Below, one piece after another: positions 1 through 13,351 of a stretch of 64,000 nt of DNA. Position 1 is the stretch's first letter. Every line of letters starts with the position of its first letter. The notes under the pieces were generated by a model. It searched no databases, was not told the origin of the DNA, and saw nothing but the letters and a program-made list of their open reading frames with translations. A program made the position numbers and the translations under genes. Origin of the DNA: Octopus sinensis (lineage: Eukaryota); the NCBI RefSeq assembly GCF_006345805.1, contig NC_042998.1, forward strand, positions 78,182,001-78,246,000, in the 5' to 3' direction.

Positions 1-39
1 ATTTATTTATTTATATTTATATATATATATTATATATAT

Positions 40-79
<40 letters not shown>
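1..79. repeat. (TA)n microsatellite
   Basis: Direct reading of an interrupted TA array. Confidence 0.95.
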
Positions 80-82
<3 letters not shown>

Positions 83-265
83 ATCCAAACAAGAAAACAC
101 AGAAAAAAAAAGAGAGAAAAAAACACAGCAACGCGAGGACGTGGAACAATTAAAGTATTATTGACGCTCAGGAAAGAAGGGAAGGAGGGTTTAACGTTTC
201 GAGCGGAGCTCTTCGTCGGAAACAAGGAGAAGGAAAGATCCCAAGAAGGGAAGACAGAGGAAATA
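80..265 (-). mobile_element. Penelope-like element (PLE) terminal-repeat fragment carrying a minimal hammerhead-like motif
   Basis: Short module between TA tracts; the minus strand contains GTTT-CCGACGA-A-GAGC-tcc-GCTC-GAAACGTT-AAAC. The PLE assignment is inferred from the known association of minimal hammerheads with PLEs. Confidence 0.55.
189..223 (-). ncRNA. Minimal type-I hammerhead ribozyme-like motif (U4C variant)
   Basis: Stem I GTTT/AAAC, core CCGACGA, stem II GAGC/GCTC, GAAA, palindromic ACGT stem III, GUU triplet. Confidence 0.5.
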
Positions 266-964
266 CACACATACATATATATATATATACATATTTATTT
301 ATTTATAAAGTGGCCAGCAAGCCGGTTTAAAGAATGGAACCTCGTATCTCTCAAATTCCGTTTAAGCACTCTATACAATAAAGCTAAGCGTAAAGATATT
401 GAATCAACAGTTCCATTATTTAAACAGAATGGTGTATATACATATCTTATACATAATATATAATTTCACTTTTACTTGTATAATTGTATATATTAACCCC
501 ATAAATACTTGTGATGTAGTCAGGGCAGAAACCTTTTCAAGTTGCTGAGACCTGATACTAGTACCATTTAAACCGGTATTATCTATTCCATGGTCGAGTG
601 GTCTGCGACTAATCCGGCCCCGCAACATGGGTAGCTTGTCACTCTCGTGAGGATGATTTTTGGACTAAAAATAAGACGTGTGGAAGGGTAACGATAACCT
701 TCCGTGCCAACGGCCTTCCAGTTTGGAGAGGTAATGGCAAATCATCCCAGTTTTTCCACCAAAAAGATATGAGAAAGTCAGAACAAAGTAATATTATGGC
801 TTTATCCAATAGGAAAACTTGCGATTCATCAAAAAGATTTCCTTTGTAGTGTCATCAACTTACTTCAAAAGCGTATGATTCATGACGACGAAGTATTTGC
901 TATGTATATATAATTACTACAATGTAGATATTTAGTTCAATATCAACAAATGTTCTTACATACG

Positions 965-1125
965 CGCTTTTGATTTTGGCCCCAAATACACCCGAGGTCT
1001 GAGGTATGTAAGGAGAGCGTTAGTCGAGACTCAGCACCCAGGTAATTGATTTATCTGTTAATTTTTCCAACTCAGAAGAATGAAATGTAAAGGTAACTTT
1101 GTCGGTATTTGAATTCGGAATGTAA
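965..1125 (-). mobile_element. Degenerate SINE copy (AAGGCGGCGAGCTGGCAG-type family)
   Basis: Loose match to the reverse complement of the better copies at 57640-57860 and 58272-58465. Confidence 0.45.
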
Positions 1126-1166
1126 TGAATCTGTATATAATACAATATAATTATTTGTTACATGAT

Positions 1167-1192
1167 TGCGTGTGTGTGTGTGTGTGCGTGCG

Positions 1193-1249
<57 letters not shown>

Positions 1250-1255
1250 TGTTCG
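1167..1255. repeat. (TG)n microsatellite
   Basis: Direct reading. Confidence 0.95.
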
Positions 1256-2003
1256 TGTAAATATTTGTGCGTTGCACAGTTCTACTTTTTCGGTTCTCTA
1301 TTGACCAGAAGCTGTCATCAGTCTGTATCTAGTAAAAAAGTTATAATGAGACAGCAAGTGATGTGTACCTGTTGCATAAACGCTGTCCGCTGTTAGGGTT
1401 CGGCCGATTTAGGTCAAGGTTTAGATTAGTGATTTTGCATGCTCCTTTGTTCATTCTAGTGGTTGGGTATGCTGTAGTTTTGATTTCGAGTCTAGTGCCT
1501 GTAGTGCAGAGTCCTTAATTTTTTATATATTCATTTTTATGGTTGTATTGCTTCTGTTTTGCGACGTACATTCGATATAATATATGTTTGTTTATAAAGA
1601 GGGTTATTAGTTTTTTTTAACTTCAGTGTATGTTCTTCTATTCATCAGACTGGTGTAGATTCGAGGACAACCACACAAACCTGCAAACGGAACAGGTTTC
1701 GGTTCTAACATAACCTCACCCCAATCCCGGAACACTAACTAACAAAAAACTAACTCTACCCGGTTTACTTAAGGACTGGCCAAACGGATTTTCTCTAAAG
1801 AAGCTGCACTGATGATAGTGACAGGATGCATCTGCGAATGCCAGTAGTCCGAGGAGTAGAAACATGTGTAGGTCTTTATAATATGCTGTACAAAATTGTA
1901 AAATAAGTGAAAATAAATTTTGAGGATGAACAAGGATGAATAATTATTACTAATATATACATATGAGTGTGTGTGTACGTCCCACCAACGCTTCACAGTC
2001 AGT

Positions 2004-2168
2004 GTTTGTGTCCTTACACCCCCGTAATGTAGCGGTTCGGTAATAGAGATCGATTGAATTTAAGTGCCAGGTTAAAAAAAAACGAGGGTCGATCCATTCG
2101 GCTAAAAATTCTTCAAGGGGGTGCTCTAGCATGGCCGCAGTCTAATGGCTGAAACATGTACAAGATAC
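2004..2168 (+). mobile_element. 3' half of long tRNA-derived SINE (GGCGCAGGAGTGGCTG-type family)
   Basis: Ends with ggtgctctagcatggccgcagtctaatggctgaaac, matching the tail of the full copy at 41473-41890. Confidence 0.8.
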
Positions 2169-2214
2169 ACATACGCACACAAATATGCACAAACACACAC
2201 ACACATACATATGC

Positions 2215-2334
2215 GTATGTGTACGTGCATATATGTGTGTGTGTGTATGTGTGTGTGCATGAGAGTGTGTGTGTGTGTGTGTGTTTCTGTGTGTGTGTGT
2301 GTGTGTGTGTCTGTGTGTGTGTCTGTGTCTGTGT

Positions 2335-2372
<38 letters not shown>

Positions 2373-2937
2373 TGCGCGTTTATCAAATTGTTTGCGTGTT
2401 TAAGTGTGTGTATTTATCCAATAAGTATGTGTTCAGTGTGAAAATCCATAACCGAGCGAGAGCTGGCCTTGTGTATATGATACGGACACACAGACACAAA
2501 CAGGAATTACATTCAACGCGTAAAGAAATACTGCCTTTTTTTTTTTTTCTATTTCGTATAATCTCATAGTCCCAAAGGTAATAAGTATTCGCGTAGAAAA
2601 CTAGGTATTTACGAGGTCGAGGTCCGTAACGTTCAAATATGAAGTATCTCTGACCACAAAAATAACGGCATTTTCGTTAACCCTATATTACAAATGTTAT
2701 GATTTCGATGATAATGTAAGGCCACTCACAAACTGTATCAATAGAAACAGTCGATTCAATTGCATTGATCTCTTGTTCTTCGTCTCGAGATATGAACTTA
2801 GAATTGACATAAATTCTATGTAAAGAGCAAATCATTTGTCCGCGATATCGCATTCTGCTTCTCTACTCTACAATAAAAATAATCATTATCTTCATTTGCC
2901 CTGGCGCAAATTTACAGTGTGTGTGTGTGTGTGTGTG

Positions 2938-2984
<47 letters not shown>

Positions 2985-2989
2985 CGTGC

Positions 2990-3037
<48 letters not shown>

Positions 3038-3157
3038 GTGCATAAGTTTGTTTATAGCTTAGTAGCGTGAAGCGCCTTCACCACACGAAATTAATGCTAC
3101 TATTTACTACCCAAATAATAAGCTGTAATTCATTTCTCTCTCTTCTCCTCCCTCTGC

Positions 3158-3211
<54 letters not shown>

Positions 3212-3235
3212 ATATCTATCTATCTATCTATCGCA
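2215..3235. repeat. Cluster of (TG)n and (TATC)n microsatellites
   Basis: Arrays at about 2215-2370, 2917-3040 and 3158-3231. Confidence 0.9.
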
Positions 3236-3894
3236 CTGTATGTATACACATTCGCGAGTCCTCATACGCACACACACGCGCACACTCAGACTGCCGACTT
3301 CATGCGTTGTTTTCATCTATGAAGTTCATTCATAAGACATTGGCCCTGTTGGGAGTCACAAAATGGGACTGAACTTGAAAACACATGGTTCAGCGAACTT
3401 GTAAGCCATATACATTTTACATCGGTATAAGATCACAAGCAGTGAGTGCCTGTGCGAGCGTATTTGTAAATATATTGTGTTATGGGGCTAGATGAATGGA
3501 TGGATAGATAGATCTTTTTTCTCTGTGTATGTGTGTGCGCGCTTGTTGTCGAGCAGATAAATAAATGATGTGTATATCATCGTGTTTGTGTAAATAAATG
3601 TGTGTGTGTGTGAGAAAGAGAGAGAGAGAGAGAGAAAGAGTGTGTGTGTGTGTATGTGTGTGTGTGTGTGTGTGTGTATGTGTGTGTGTGTTGCGTGTGT
3701 GTGTATGAGTACGTGTTTGTGTGATGATATATATCGTCTGCGCTATGGCGCGTTTATGCGTGTTTACGTCTGTATAAATAAATGCACGGAATTGGATTCC
3801 TAAACATATAGTCTAGTTGAGGGCTTTTTTTGGTAACTTAAAGCAAGAATCGAAAACAAAACGTTTTATTGTTATTCATAATATTTCCTTCTAT

Positions 3895-4103
3895 AGTAGA
3901 CACAAGGCCTGAAATTTTAGGGTAGGGCCTAGTCGATGACATCACCCTCCAGTGTTCAACCAATACTTGTTTTATCGACCCCCGAAATGAAATCAAAGTT
4001 GAATTCAGCAGTATTTGAACTCAGAACGTAAAAAGAGCCGGAAGATAGGCCGCTGAGCATGTTGTCTTCCTCGCTAACACTTCTGCCTACAAGCTGCCTT
4101 ATA
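3895..4103 (-). mobile_element. SINE copy (AAGGCGGCGAGCTGGCAG-type)
   Basis: Reverse complement begins aaggcagcttgtaggcagaag and contains ttacgttctgagttcaaatac and gggtcgataaaacaagta. Confidence 0.75.
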
Positions 4104-4321
4104 GTTAGTTATTCATAGTATTCAAACGCCGCTTACTTGCCCCTGTTATATTTTGTGTGTATATATTATGAAATGTCCTGTGGCACAGAAAGAGAGCTGA
4201 CCCATGAGTCCTCTTTTGTGGGCTTGATTTTTCTGGAGATCATTTATCTAGTCAAGTTGTTCACCATTGTTTCTGAGTAAAAGCCTGACTATCACAGCTT
4301 CCTATTATTCTCACTTATATA

Positions 4322-5369
4322 TTGGGTCATCCCATAAATAATGCGATTTTTTCAATTGCATGGACTAAAAGTCAAGTTGCTATAAAAGCAGGTAGTAATT
4401 TTACGTTATACTCATTCTTAGTGCAAGTCTTGAAGAATGCAGCTCGATTTTAACAGTTATTTTTTCAAAGATTTAATGGAAGTGACAAAGGAGCATATTC
4501 GGCATATTTTGCTTTATGAGTTCAATAAAGACAACAACGCAACGGAAAATGCGATGAATATTAATGCAGTATATGGGGATCGGACAATAAGCGTAAGCCA
4601 GTGACAACGGCGGTTATAGAAATTTCGAGCCGTAAACTACAGTCTAGAAGACGAGCCTCTTCCCGGAAGATCTTTAGTGCTCGATGAGGACGTCCTGCAA
4701 ACCCTGGTGAAGCAAAATCCCATCGAAACTATTGAGGAACTTGCAGAGAAGCTTGGATTTGGTCATTCAACTATTCATCGACACCTGCGTGCCATCGGAA
4801 AAGTCAGAAAATTGGGTCAATGGATTCCTCACAAACTTTTCCAGTCTAATCGCGCGCCGAGAGTGAAAATGCGCTCTTGTTAGCTGTCACATCTCACGAT
4901 TTTTTTTTTTTTGGGGGGGGGACCGAATAGTGACTGGTGACGGGAAATAGGTTCTCTATAAAAATGTCAAGCGCTGAGGACAGTGGGTAGGGAAAGAAGA
5001 ACCACTGGCAACCCAAGCTAAAGAAGGTCTACAACCACGTAAGGTATTATCTGTTTGGTGGGATATGAAAGGGTTAGTCCACACGATAACAAAGGACATA
5101 TAGTGTGACCAGCTTGAGCGGCTTAAGTCACCGCTAGAAAAACGACCATCTTTGGTTTCAAGACGGAAAGTGTTCTTCCATCAGGATAATGCTCGGCCAC
5201 ATGCAGCGAGGATGACATCCCAAAGTTTGGAGCAGTTTGAATTGGAAACAAGGCCCCATCACCATATTCACCGGACATTGTCTCATCTGATTATCATTTC
5301 TTCCACAGTCTTTAAAATCATTTGGACGGAAAAATTTATGAATTCTGTAGACGAGGTCAAAACAGTACA
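4322..5369 (+). mobile_element. Mariner (DD34D) transposon, 3'-truncated, transposase pseudogene
   Basis: TA followed by a TIR-like ttgggtcatcccataaataatgcg. ATG at 4476 gives MEVTKEHIRHILLYEF; motifs GQWIPHKL (WxPHxL), IVTGD, FHQDNARPH and PYSPDIVSSDYHFF. Multiple stops and frameshifts; no right TIR seen. Confidence 0.9.
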
Positions 5370-5697
5370 AGAGGAGGGATGAAGGAGATTCTGTGAGCAT
5401 TACGCTAATATATGTGGAAATGTACGTGTGAGTGTGTCTGTCTGTGTATCAGTGTGTGAGTAAAAGTAAGCATGAATGTATGTAAGTATATACTTACATA
5501 CATTCATGCTTGTGGATGAGAATGTGTGTTTAAGTGCTACAATTTTGTACCTACAATTTAGAATCTACTTCTGAACGTATTTGCGTATATGTGTGATTCT
5601 GTACATGTGTAAATGAGTGAAGACGTGAAGATTCGTACAAGGGTTGGATTGAAACCCATGGATGCACTAAGCGCTTGAAAATGTTAACGTTCTCATA

Positions 5698-6577
5698 TAC
5701 GAGGTATGATCAACAAGTATCCGGACAGTCGCCGTATAACGAAGCTATAGAACACAGAGTGAAACCGCCTAGTACAGATTAACCTTGAACTCTGCCGTGC
5801 ATGCACACTAAATTTTAACGTTCTAGCTCATTTCCACTGTTTACAGCAGAGCTTGGAAGGAAGGTGTGTTGCGTGTGATAGTTGCACTGACCATGACAGA
5901 GGAAGTTGCCATGGCGATATCTGCTCAGAGGCCTATGCGAAGTTGCAGAAAGTGTATGAAGTGGAGTATATGAGTCGCACATAAGTGTACGAGTGGTTCA
6001 AACGTTTCCAAGATGGCCGAAAAAATGTCGATATTGACGAACGTCCTGGAAGACCCGCCAGCAGCAGAACTGAGAAAAACACCGCAGATGTACGTGTAGC
6101 TGTGTGGTGAAATCGTCGAATCACCATGATTAAGTTATCAGAGGTTGTGCAGATTAGTTACGGTTCAGCTCAGTCCCTTATCACTGAGGATTTGGGTATG
6201 AGACGTTTGTCTGCCAAGTTTGTGCCGAAACTGCTTTCAGCTAACCAAAAAGACACTAGGGTTTCAGTTGCACAAGATCTTGATTGTGTTGAAAAAGATA
6301 TAAACCTTTTAAAAATTTTGTGTAGGCCTCTGAGCAGGTATCGCCAAGCTTCTTGACAAAATTTGATACAGATTCTCAGCTCAAATTTCCCTGTCATGGT
6401 CAATGAGACGATTACACGCTACAGACATTCTTTCCAACCACTGCTGTAAACAGCGGAAGTGAGTTAGAATGTTAAAACTTAGCGCCCATGCACGGCAGAC
6501 TTCAAGCGGTGTCACTCTGCGTTCTTTAGCTTTGTTACTGTGGCAACAGCCCGGATACTTATTGATCAGACCATGTA
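5698..6577. mobile_element. Mariner-family element made of two inverted 5' ends (non-autonomous)
   Basis: About 30-bp TIRs with TA at both ends. Plus strand encodes an N-terminal transposase part (VYEWFKRF...DERPGRP...KFVPKLL); minus strand 6310-6577 encodes a second N-terminus (MTGKFELRICIKFCQ). Confidence 0.85.
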
Positions 6578-7248
6578 TATGTAATTCGGAATATAAAATA
6601 TAATAAACGCTAAAATGAATTTTTTTATTTTTCAAAATGAAACAAATCTAACACCTAGAAGATAATGTTTATTTCTGCACACTTCCACTTAATTTATATT
6701 TGAAAAGTGTTCTCTTACTTTTATTTTAATTGCAAAGTCTCAGACCCTCAAATTTAATCGTATGCAACACATCTGCTTCTATACTTAGTAGATGTAAGGA
6801 ATATCGAATATTATTTTAGCAATTTTAAAGTGATTTCTTTTGTGCCGTAAGCCATTTACCACTTCTGTAGTACACCCCCCCTTCCCCCACGTCCTAAACG
6901 CGTACTTATTTTGGTTCGTACAGACGTACGTATATAGATGCGTGTACCTACTTATGTTTAAGTCCGTCAGTGATTAATAGTTATCTGTCGTTCTCGTGTG
7001 TGTATGTTAATGATTATCATCCCTCTAGAGGCGTGTGAGTGTGTATGTGTTATAGGAGAACCTTTGAATGGTTTCCTGTACGTGTCCGTGTTAGTAGGCA
7101 TGTATAGGCGCTAGTGTGTGTGTGTATATCAACATATATTCACACTCTCTCTTTCTCTCTGTCTTCCTAACACACACAAACACACGCATACACACACTCA
7201 TAGACACAGACACACACATACATACACATACAAAACACACACAGCAAC

Positions 7249-7279
<31 letters not shown>

Positions 7280-9409
7280 AAATGATCGAACTCAATTTTG
7301 AGCATAAGCACTTTATCATTGCAGGTATACACCTTTAATGGGTTGGAAAGAACTTTTACCATGGGCCCTCTGATAATTATCAAAAACCTGCTTTTCTTTG
7401 ACATTTTTTGTCAATACTCACACCAATATCATTCGCCGAAAAGGGATTTACAGCTTATCAGTAGACAATCACACCACTGAACATAACGGACAGCAATGCA
7501 CCGCAGGTGCCATTAGAGTTCGTATACGCACATCAGCATCTCAAGTTCGTCTCCCGATATGTGATCTTTCTTGGATGACAAGTTCGTATTTTGAAGGTGT
7601 AAAAATTGAACAGCCAAGAATTTCTCTGGTTACAAACTTTCGACATTCTGTGGTTTGGGGCATTGCCTTTAACTGGGTGATTCGAACACTTTAAATTCCA
7701 AGCCAATGTTCCTCGTAACAGAAAGTTATTTGCTTCTATTCAATGCGAGACGGTCCCAATGAAATGTTGAAGTTAATTTTGTGGTGTCATAAAACTCTCT
7801 TTTCGTTAGTGTTGGAGACGCTTACCGAGAACTAATTATCCACAAAATAATCTTTCTTAGCTTGAGATTAGCAAGATAGATGACATGACCAAACCCTTAT
7901 AAATGTGGGGAAGTGTTAATGATGGTTGCATGACATTATTTTTTGGTTAGTGTGAAAGCGCAGGGGTGGGGCTTTAAACCGTGTAAGGGGATTTAAAACA
8001 TATCTGTGTGTGTCAAGGAAGTGGTTAATCAATACATGTCAGTCAGTGAATGAAAATGTATGACCTTTTATTGTTTAATGATGTTACATTTCAGGAAAAG
8101 TACCTCTTTTCAACTGGAAAATATTTTCGTTAATTTCTAACCCGCATTATTCAAAGGTTTTTCCAATATTTAACTCCATATACTTCAATGTTTCGAGTAA
8201 ATTATGTTATTTATGTTTATATATATATAGGCATGTATTTATATATATGTGTATGTGTGTGTGTGGTGAGATCCAAGTAAAAGATCTCACCACCTCACAG
8301 ATCTGAGTATATATATGGCAGGGATGGAGGTGTGTGTATTTTGCGAGTGTGCCTGCGTTCGTAAGAGCTTGTGAGTGTTTCTGTGTGTGTGTATGTGTCT
8401 GTCTGTCTTTCTGTCTGTCTGTCTGTCTGTCTGCCTGTGTCTGTGTCTGTGCGTGTGTGCATGAGTAAAGCTAGGCTTTACATTTCTATGTACGAACGAT
8501 GTATTATGTCTGCTTATTCGTAAGGATTTATAAGATTTAGTCCATCTGGTGTATTTATGTATGATGCGTGCACTGTATGTCACAGTAGTTGTACTGTATT
8601 TGGAGGCAATGCATGTATATGTATTAATGCAAGGGGAGAAGATGTCCATAAGTGTGTATGTAGGACTGTGAGTATGTGTGTGTGCATTTAGCAGCTTTGT
8701 TTGTATATTAGTGTCTATGTGCTATATGTATTATCTGTGTAGCTACATATGGAAGCATGGGATTAGTGTATTTGGCCTGTGATATATACGTATGAGTATG
8801 GTTTTGTTGTAGTAGGGTGCTATGAAGACGAGTAAACTGCGGTGTCGTCGGATACAGTTATATGTAGACGTGACTGAGCTCTTCATACCAGAGATGGTAA
8901 ATGAGACGGTGTACTTTGTGCTAGCTAGAATTGGGTGAAACCTAATGTGAACACCACAGACTGAAATGAGAAATGGGTGGATGAGTTGAAATGGCAAGTG
9001 ACAGAAAATATGGTATTCAATGGACGTCTAGTCTTTGTCCGGTTGCTTCGATGCACTAAATTATAACCGGCTTTTCCGATGCATTAGAGACCACAGAACT
9101 TTAAGATAGAAAATGACATTTCTGGTAGCACAGGTGAAATGAGAGGCTGAATAGGTAGGAATGTTGCTTGGCTTCAAATAGAGAATTGATTTTGTAGAAG
9201 TAAGAGCATGTATTACCAATCGTTGCAGGTGCAGGAGACGGATATAAGTTGTGCGTTGGGATGTTCGTAACTATAGAATAAAAGGTCATACAAATTAAGA
9301 CCCGCTTAAAGGAAAATAGGTGTTGTTCATACAGTGTAGGGGAGATGGTGAGATATGAGTAAAGATAATAAATAGTGTTTAAGACAGACAGACAAAGAAG
9401 CAAGCCTAT

Positions 9410-10500
9410 TTAAATCTCAGATAGCTCCTGCGCGACATTTTTGAATGAATTCTAGGACCCCAGAAAAATTACTGCATTTGTCTAAGCAACATACCATAAA
9501 GTATGCCAGAGAAGATACCTCTTGAAAAATTATGCAACTGGAACTGTACGATAAGAGTATAATGCAGTATCCGATTATCGAACAAGATAGCTTATCAGCT
9601 ATCATTTCGTGCGCCTGTTCCTCATCCAAATCTCAGCAACTAAAACATAATCATCAGCACAACAGTGAAAATACTGTATACAGCAGGAAAGTATATAAAA
9701 AACACTTGCCTAGAATCTACCTTCGTTATGTTCAACTAAGCATTGGCCATCATTCTAAAATACTGAACACTTCATAGATAGAGAAAATCTAGGAGTACTA
9801 CAGCATCTCATAGTCGAAATATTCTTTAGGCAAGGGGCTATGACATTCAAAAATGCATCCAAAATTTATAAACCCTGCATTTAGGTATAAAAAAATGTTT
9901 TGAAGAAAATATTTTCTTTGATGCTTTTGATAAAACAGGCAAAATTATTTTGGTTAACCTGATTCTGGTAAAAATTCCTTCGCTCAAGCAGATTGCTGTT
10001 TTAGTGGCATCATCTGATACTGCTGCAATTTTCCTCACAAGTGTTAAGACTGCTCATTTTGCTTTTAAGGTTCCTTTCAACCTTGTACACAATGACAGCC
10101 GTGCATACAATATTCACAAAGGATCTAGAAAAGTATAAGTGCACAATGTCTCATAGGCGTGTATTTGAAGTTCTCTATCGCATTGGCAGAATCACCGTGA
10201 TTTTAGGCAAGCTATTCCAATCATCTCAATGTGTACACCTACTAATGCGTTGAAAGTCCACTTCAAAGAGACCTGTATTACGAAGCGATAGGAAATAGTT
10301 TACCTTTTCTCCAACATAAGAGATGCACCTAGAAGAAATATCTCGATATCCCAGTTTGTAAAAGTTTTACTCCAATTGGACGTCAGCTGCCAGTTTACAA
10401 TGAGAACTGTCATCTCAGAATACAAAATATAAAAATGTGTATCAATCATCTATACATCGCAAGAAATGCTACTGAAAGTTTATTATAGGCTCTCACAGAA
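9410..10500 (+). mobile_element. Highly degenerate Helitron RepHel remnant (PIF1 helicase part)
   Basis: IFFDAFDKTGKIILVNLIL...VASSDTAAIFL...TAHFAFKVPFNL, CTMSHRRVFEVL and DFRQAIPII match decayed PIF1/Helitron motifs (DAPGGTGKT, VASSGIAATLL, TAHSAFKIP, GDFRQ). Confidence 0.7.
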
Positions 10501-10599
10501 TTACCGAAACCATGCTTGGTATTTTTTTAAACTGACATTCTTGCTTCCGTATAGGACACTCATTTCATATTAATTCAACATGTACCAGACCAGTCCAGT

Positions 10600-10990
10600 C
10601 GGTACAAGTCAGTTCACTGTATTGTTGGCGTTAATGAAAGTATACAACATAATTTGTCATTTCTTTACACTGCAATGTTGTCCCACTTCACAATCAGCAA
10701 CTGAAAATGGGCGCATCCATTATATTGCAACGAGCTTTGCATGCACCAAAAGTCTGTATTCTTGGATGAATAGCTGTCTAAGCTTTTAAACTCCTTGTGA
10801 TCGACGTTGTGACGTAGAGAAATATTTCCTACGTCCCATTGGATATCCCTTTTCAGTTTAGCAGCTATACTTTTTTCGATAACGAATCCCCTAGGTAAGT
10901 TGCGTGAGTTCAAATGACAAGTCCTCTCTTTCATAGCCATCCCTGTGTTACATGTGTTCTCCTGCTTAGCTAAGCAGATATCTTTTTAAT
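10600..10990 (-). mobile_element. Possible degenerate Helitron Rep (HUH) remnant
   Basis: WCMQSSLQYNGCAHFQLLIV weakly resembles the Helitron Rep motif WMYSIEWQKRGLPHAHILIW; another frame weakly resembles hAT. Uncertain. Confidence 0.25.
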
Positions 10991-11707
10991 CAGAGCGCTG
11001 AATCGCAGAACAATAGTTGTCTTACTCCAGAGAGCCTTTGCTGAATATCAATCATTTGCTTTTTACAAATATTTCTATTTCATGTGTCGCAAAATCAATT
11101 TAGACTTACAAGAAATGTAGAACACAAAGATAGTATTTATGAAGTCACAAAGTTAAAATTATCAAAACACAAACTCAAATGTATAACACATCATACAAAA
11201 TCAAATATGTATCTGCATCACATTAAAATCGTATGCAAATAGGATTTGCAATAAAAAATCTCTACACAAAAAGGTACTATCGTTCATTCGAATTTAACAA
11301 AAGACTATTTCAGCATATTTGTGTGAGGTACGGGTGTGTGCACGCGCGAGGGTGGATGTGAGCACCGCAAGGTTGGGTATGAGCACGCACACTTTCGACG
11401 ATAAACACGATAGAAGCACTAATTAAATGAAAATATAGACAAACTAGAAGTTTGTTATATAGACAAAGGAAAAAGAAAAGAGACAGACAGACAGATACAG
11501 ATGAGGTAAACTGACGGACAGAGAGACAAGGTAAAAGACAGTAAAACATATTTCTATACGTATAACACTGCCTTTGTGTGTATTGTATAGACAGATTGGA
11601 GGTGAGAATCACTAAAGAGGTGGCAATGTGTATGCGTCACGCCGGGCGAAAATGCTTAGCGGTATTTCATGTCTGCATGTTCTGAGTTCAAAGTTATGAA
11701 CATAAAT

Positions 11708-13278
11708 GTACATCATTGTACATCATTGCCCTCCATCGCAAAACCTCCTTTCTCATACTGTATGGCTGTTGGAAAATTGTTCAAGGGTATAATTCTAAGC
11801 ACAAAAAATAACCCAAGTACATGCAAATTCAATATTGTGACATCTTACTCTCTAATCCACCTCCTATTCTCTGCAATATCTACATTGTTGATTTTCTAAT
11901 AGTACTCTACGACTAGAAATATTTAGACGTCAGTTGATTTTAATGATATACAATAACAACAATTAGCAACTATTAAGTAGTATGTAGACAATCTACTGCA
12001 GCACTGTATCGCTTACATCTTTTGAAAATGCTGGAGGAAAATTATACTCAAAAATAAATTATTTCGACAAAGTGAATTCCTATGGTAATAGCCAAGATAT
12101 TGTGCACCTCGGAATAAACAGTTTCATACAGCTTCTTTGACAATACAACCAATTTCTGCAATGCTTATTTTCTGAAATTACACACATTGAATACAACAAA
12201 GGCATCGATAAAATTTATTATTGGATATCATGTTCACAAGTTAAAATGCGTCGGTGTAACATAAAGGTTGCACGTTCGTCTTTGAGTCAGTACGAAACGC
12301 CCTCTAACGAGCCTTGTGGATGGATGTATTATGAAGTGGTTATATCCTCTGCAGCACAATATACCGGAAAGTTGAACGCTACGGCAAGACATAGATATCT
12401 CTCACTATATTTCCGTTGTTCTGTATCTAAACACGCTAATTGGTGGCTCACGTAAATGAAAAACTGAGCTGAAGTGCTAAGCAGAGGTGTTTATAAACAC
12501 AAACTAGTTACCAGTTCAAATACGTGTAGTGCATATTCGAACCCTTTTAAATGAATCACTGGATTCACTGTTTTATTTTATTGGTATATTTAATTGCAGC
12601 ACGGTATCGCTTATATCTTTTGAAAATGCTGGAGGAAATTTATGCTCAAAAATAAATTATTTCGACAAAGTGAATTCCTATAGTAATAGCCAAGATATTG
12701 TGCACCTCGGAATAAGCAGTTTCATACAACTTCTTCGACAATACAGCCAATTTCTGCAATGCTTATTTTCTGAAACTATTTATGAAATGTTGTATATTTG
12801 TTTAGTCAAATATTTGTTAGTTTATAATAACTATGCATCCTCACTGTACCAACTGCAATATTTAGGACATCATCTGAAAACTTGTTTTAAGCAGGACCTA
12901 AACGGTTAAGGTTGATCCTTCCTTTCAAACCAAGGAGAGATTGTTTATTCATTTATCTATACTTCTATAATTTGCTAAATAAAAGAATTATGCATGACGG
13001 ACGAAAAGTTTCCATTACCTTCATAGGGAGTATTATATCGTAAATTAACATCACACACACAAACTCCTCCAACTATATATATTTAATGATTCTAACAATT
13101 TATATTAATGTTTTTTAATAATTACTTGTATTCTTATCTTAAATGTATTGAATTTTATACTGTATGTATGTATGTTATTATGGTTCCAGTTTTGATAATT
13201 AAATAAGGCAACATTCTAATATCCTAAGCTGATAAACCAACTAATGTGTTTCTCCATTTTCTTATTTGTAATATAAAT

Positions 13279-13351
<73 letters not shown>

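Noticed and set aside
1166-3803. CV/HT/YLSI-repeat ORFs
   Set aside because: Translations of (TG)n and (TATC)n microsatellites.
7380-7880. Moderately GC-rich unique block suggesting coding decay
   Set aside because: No motif I can recognise in any frame; a BLASTX search would be needed.
8750-9060. Faint resemblance to the ORF1 at 27459-27950
   Set aside because: Similarity too weak to support, and no zinc knuckle.
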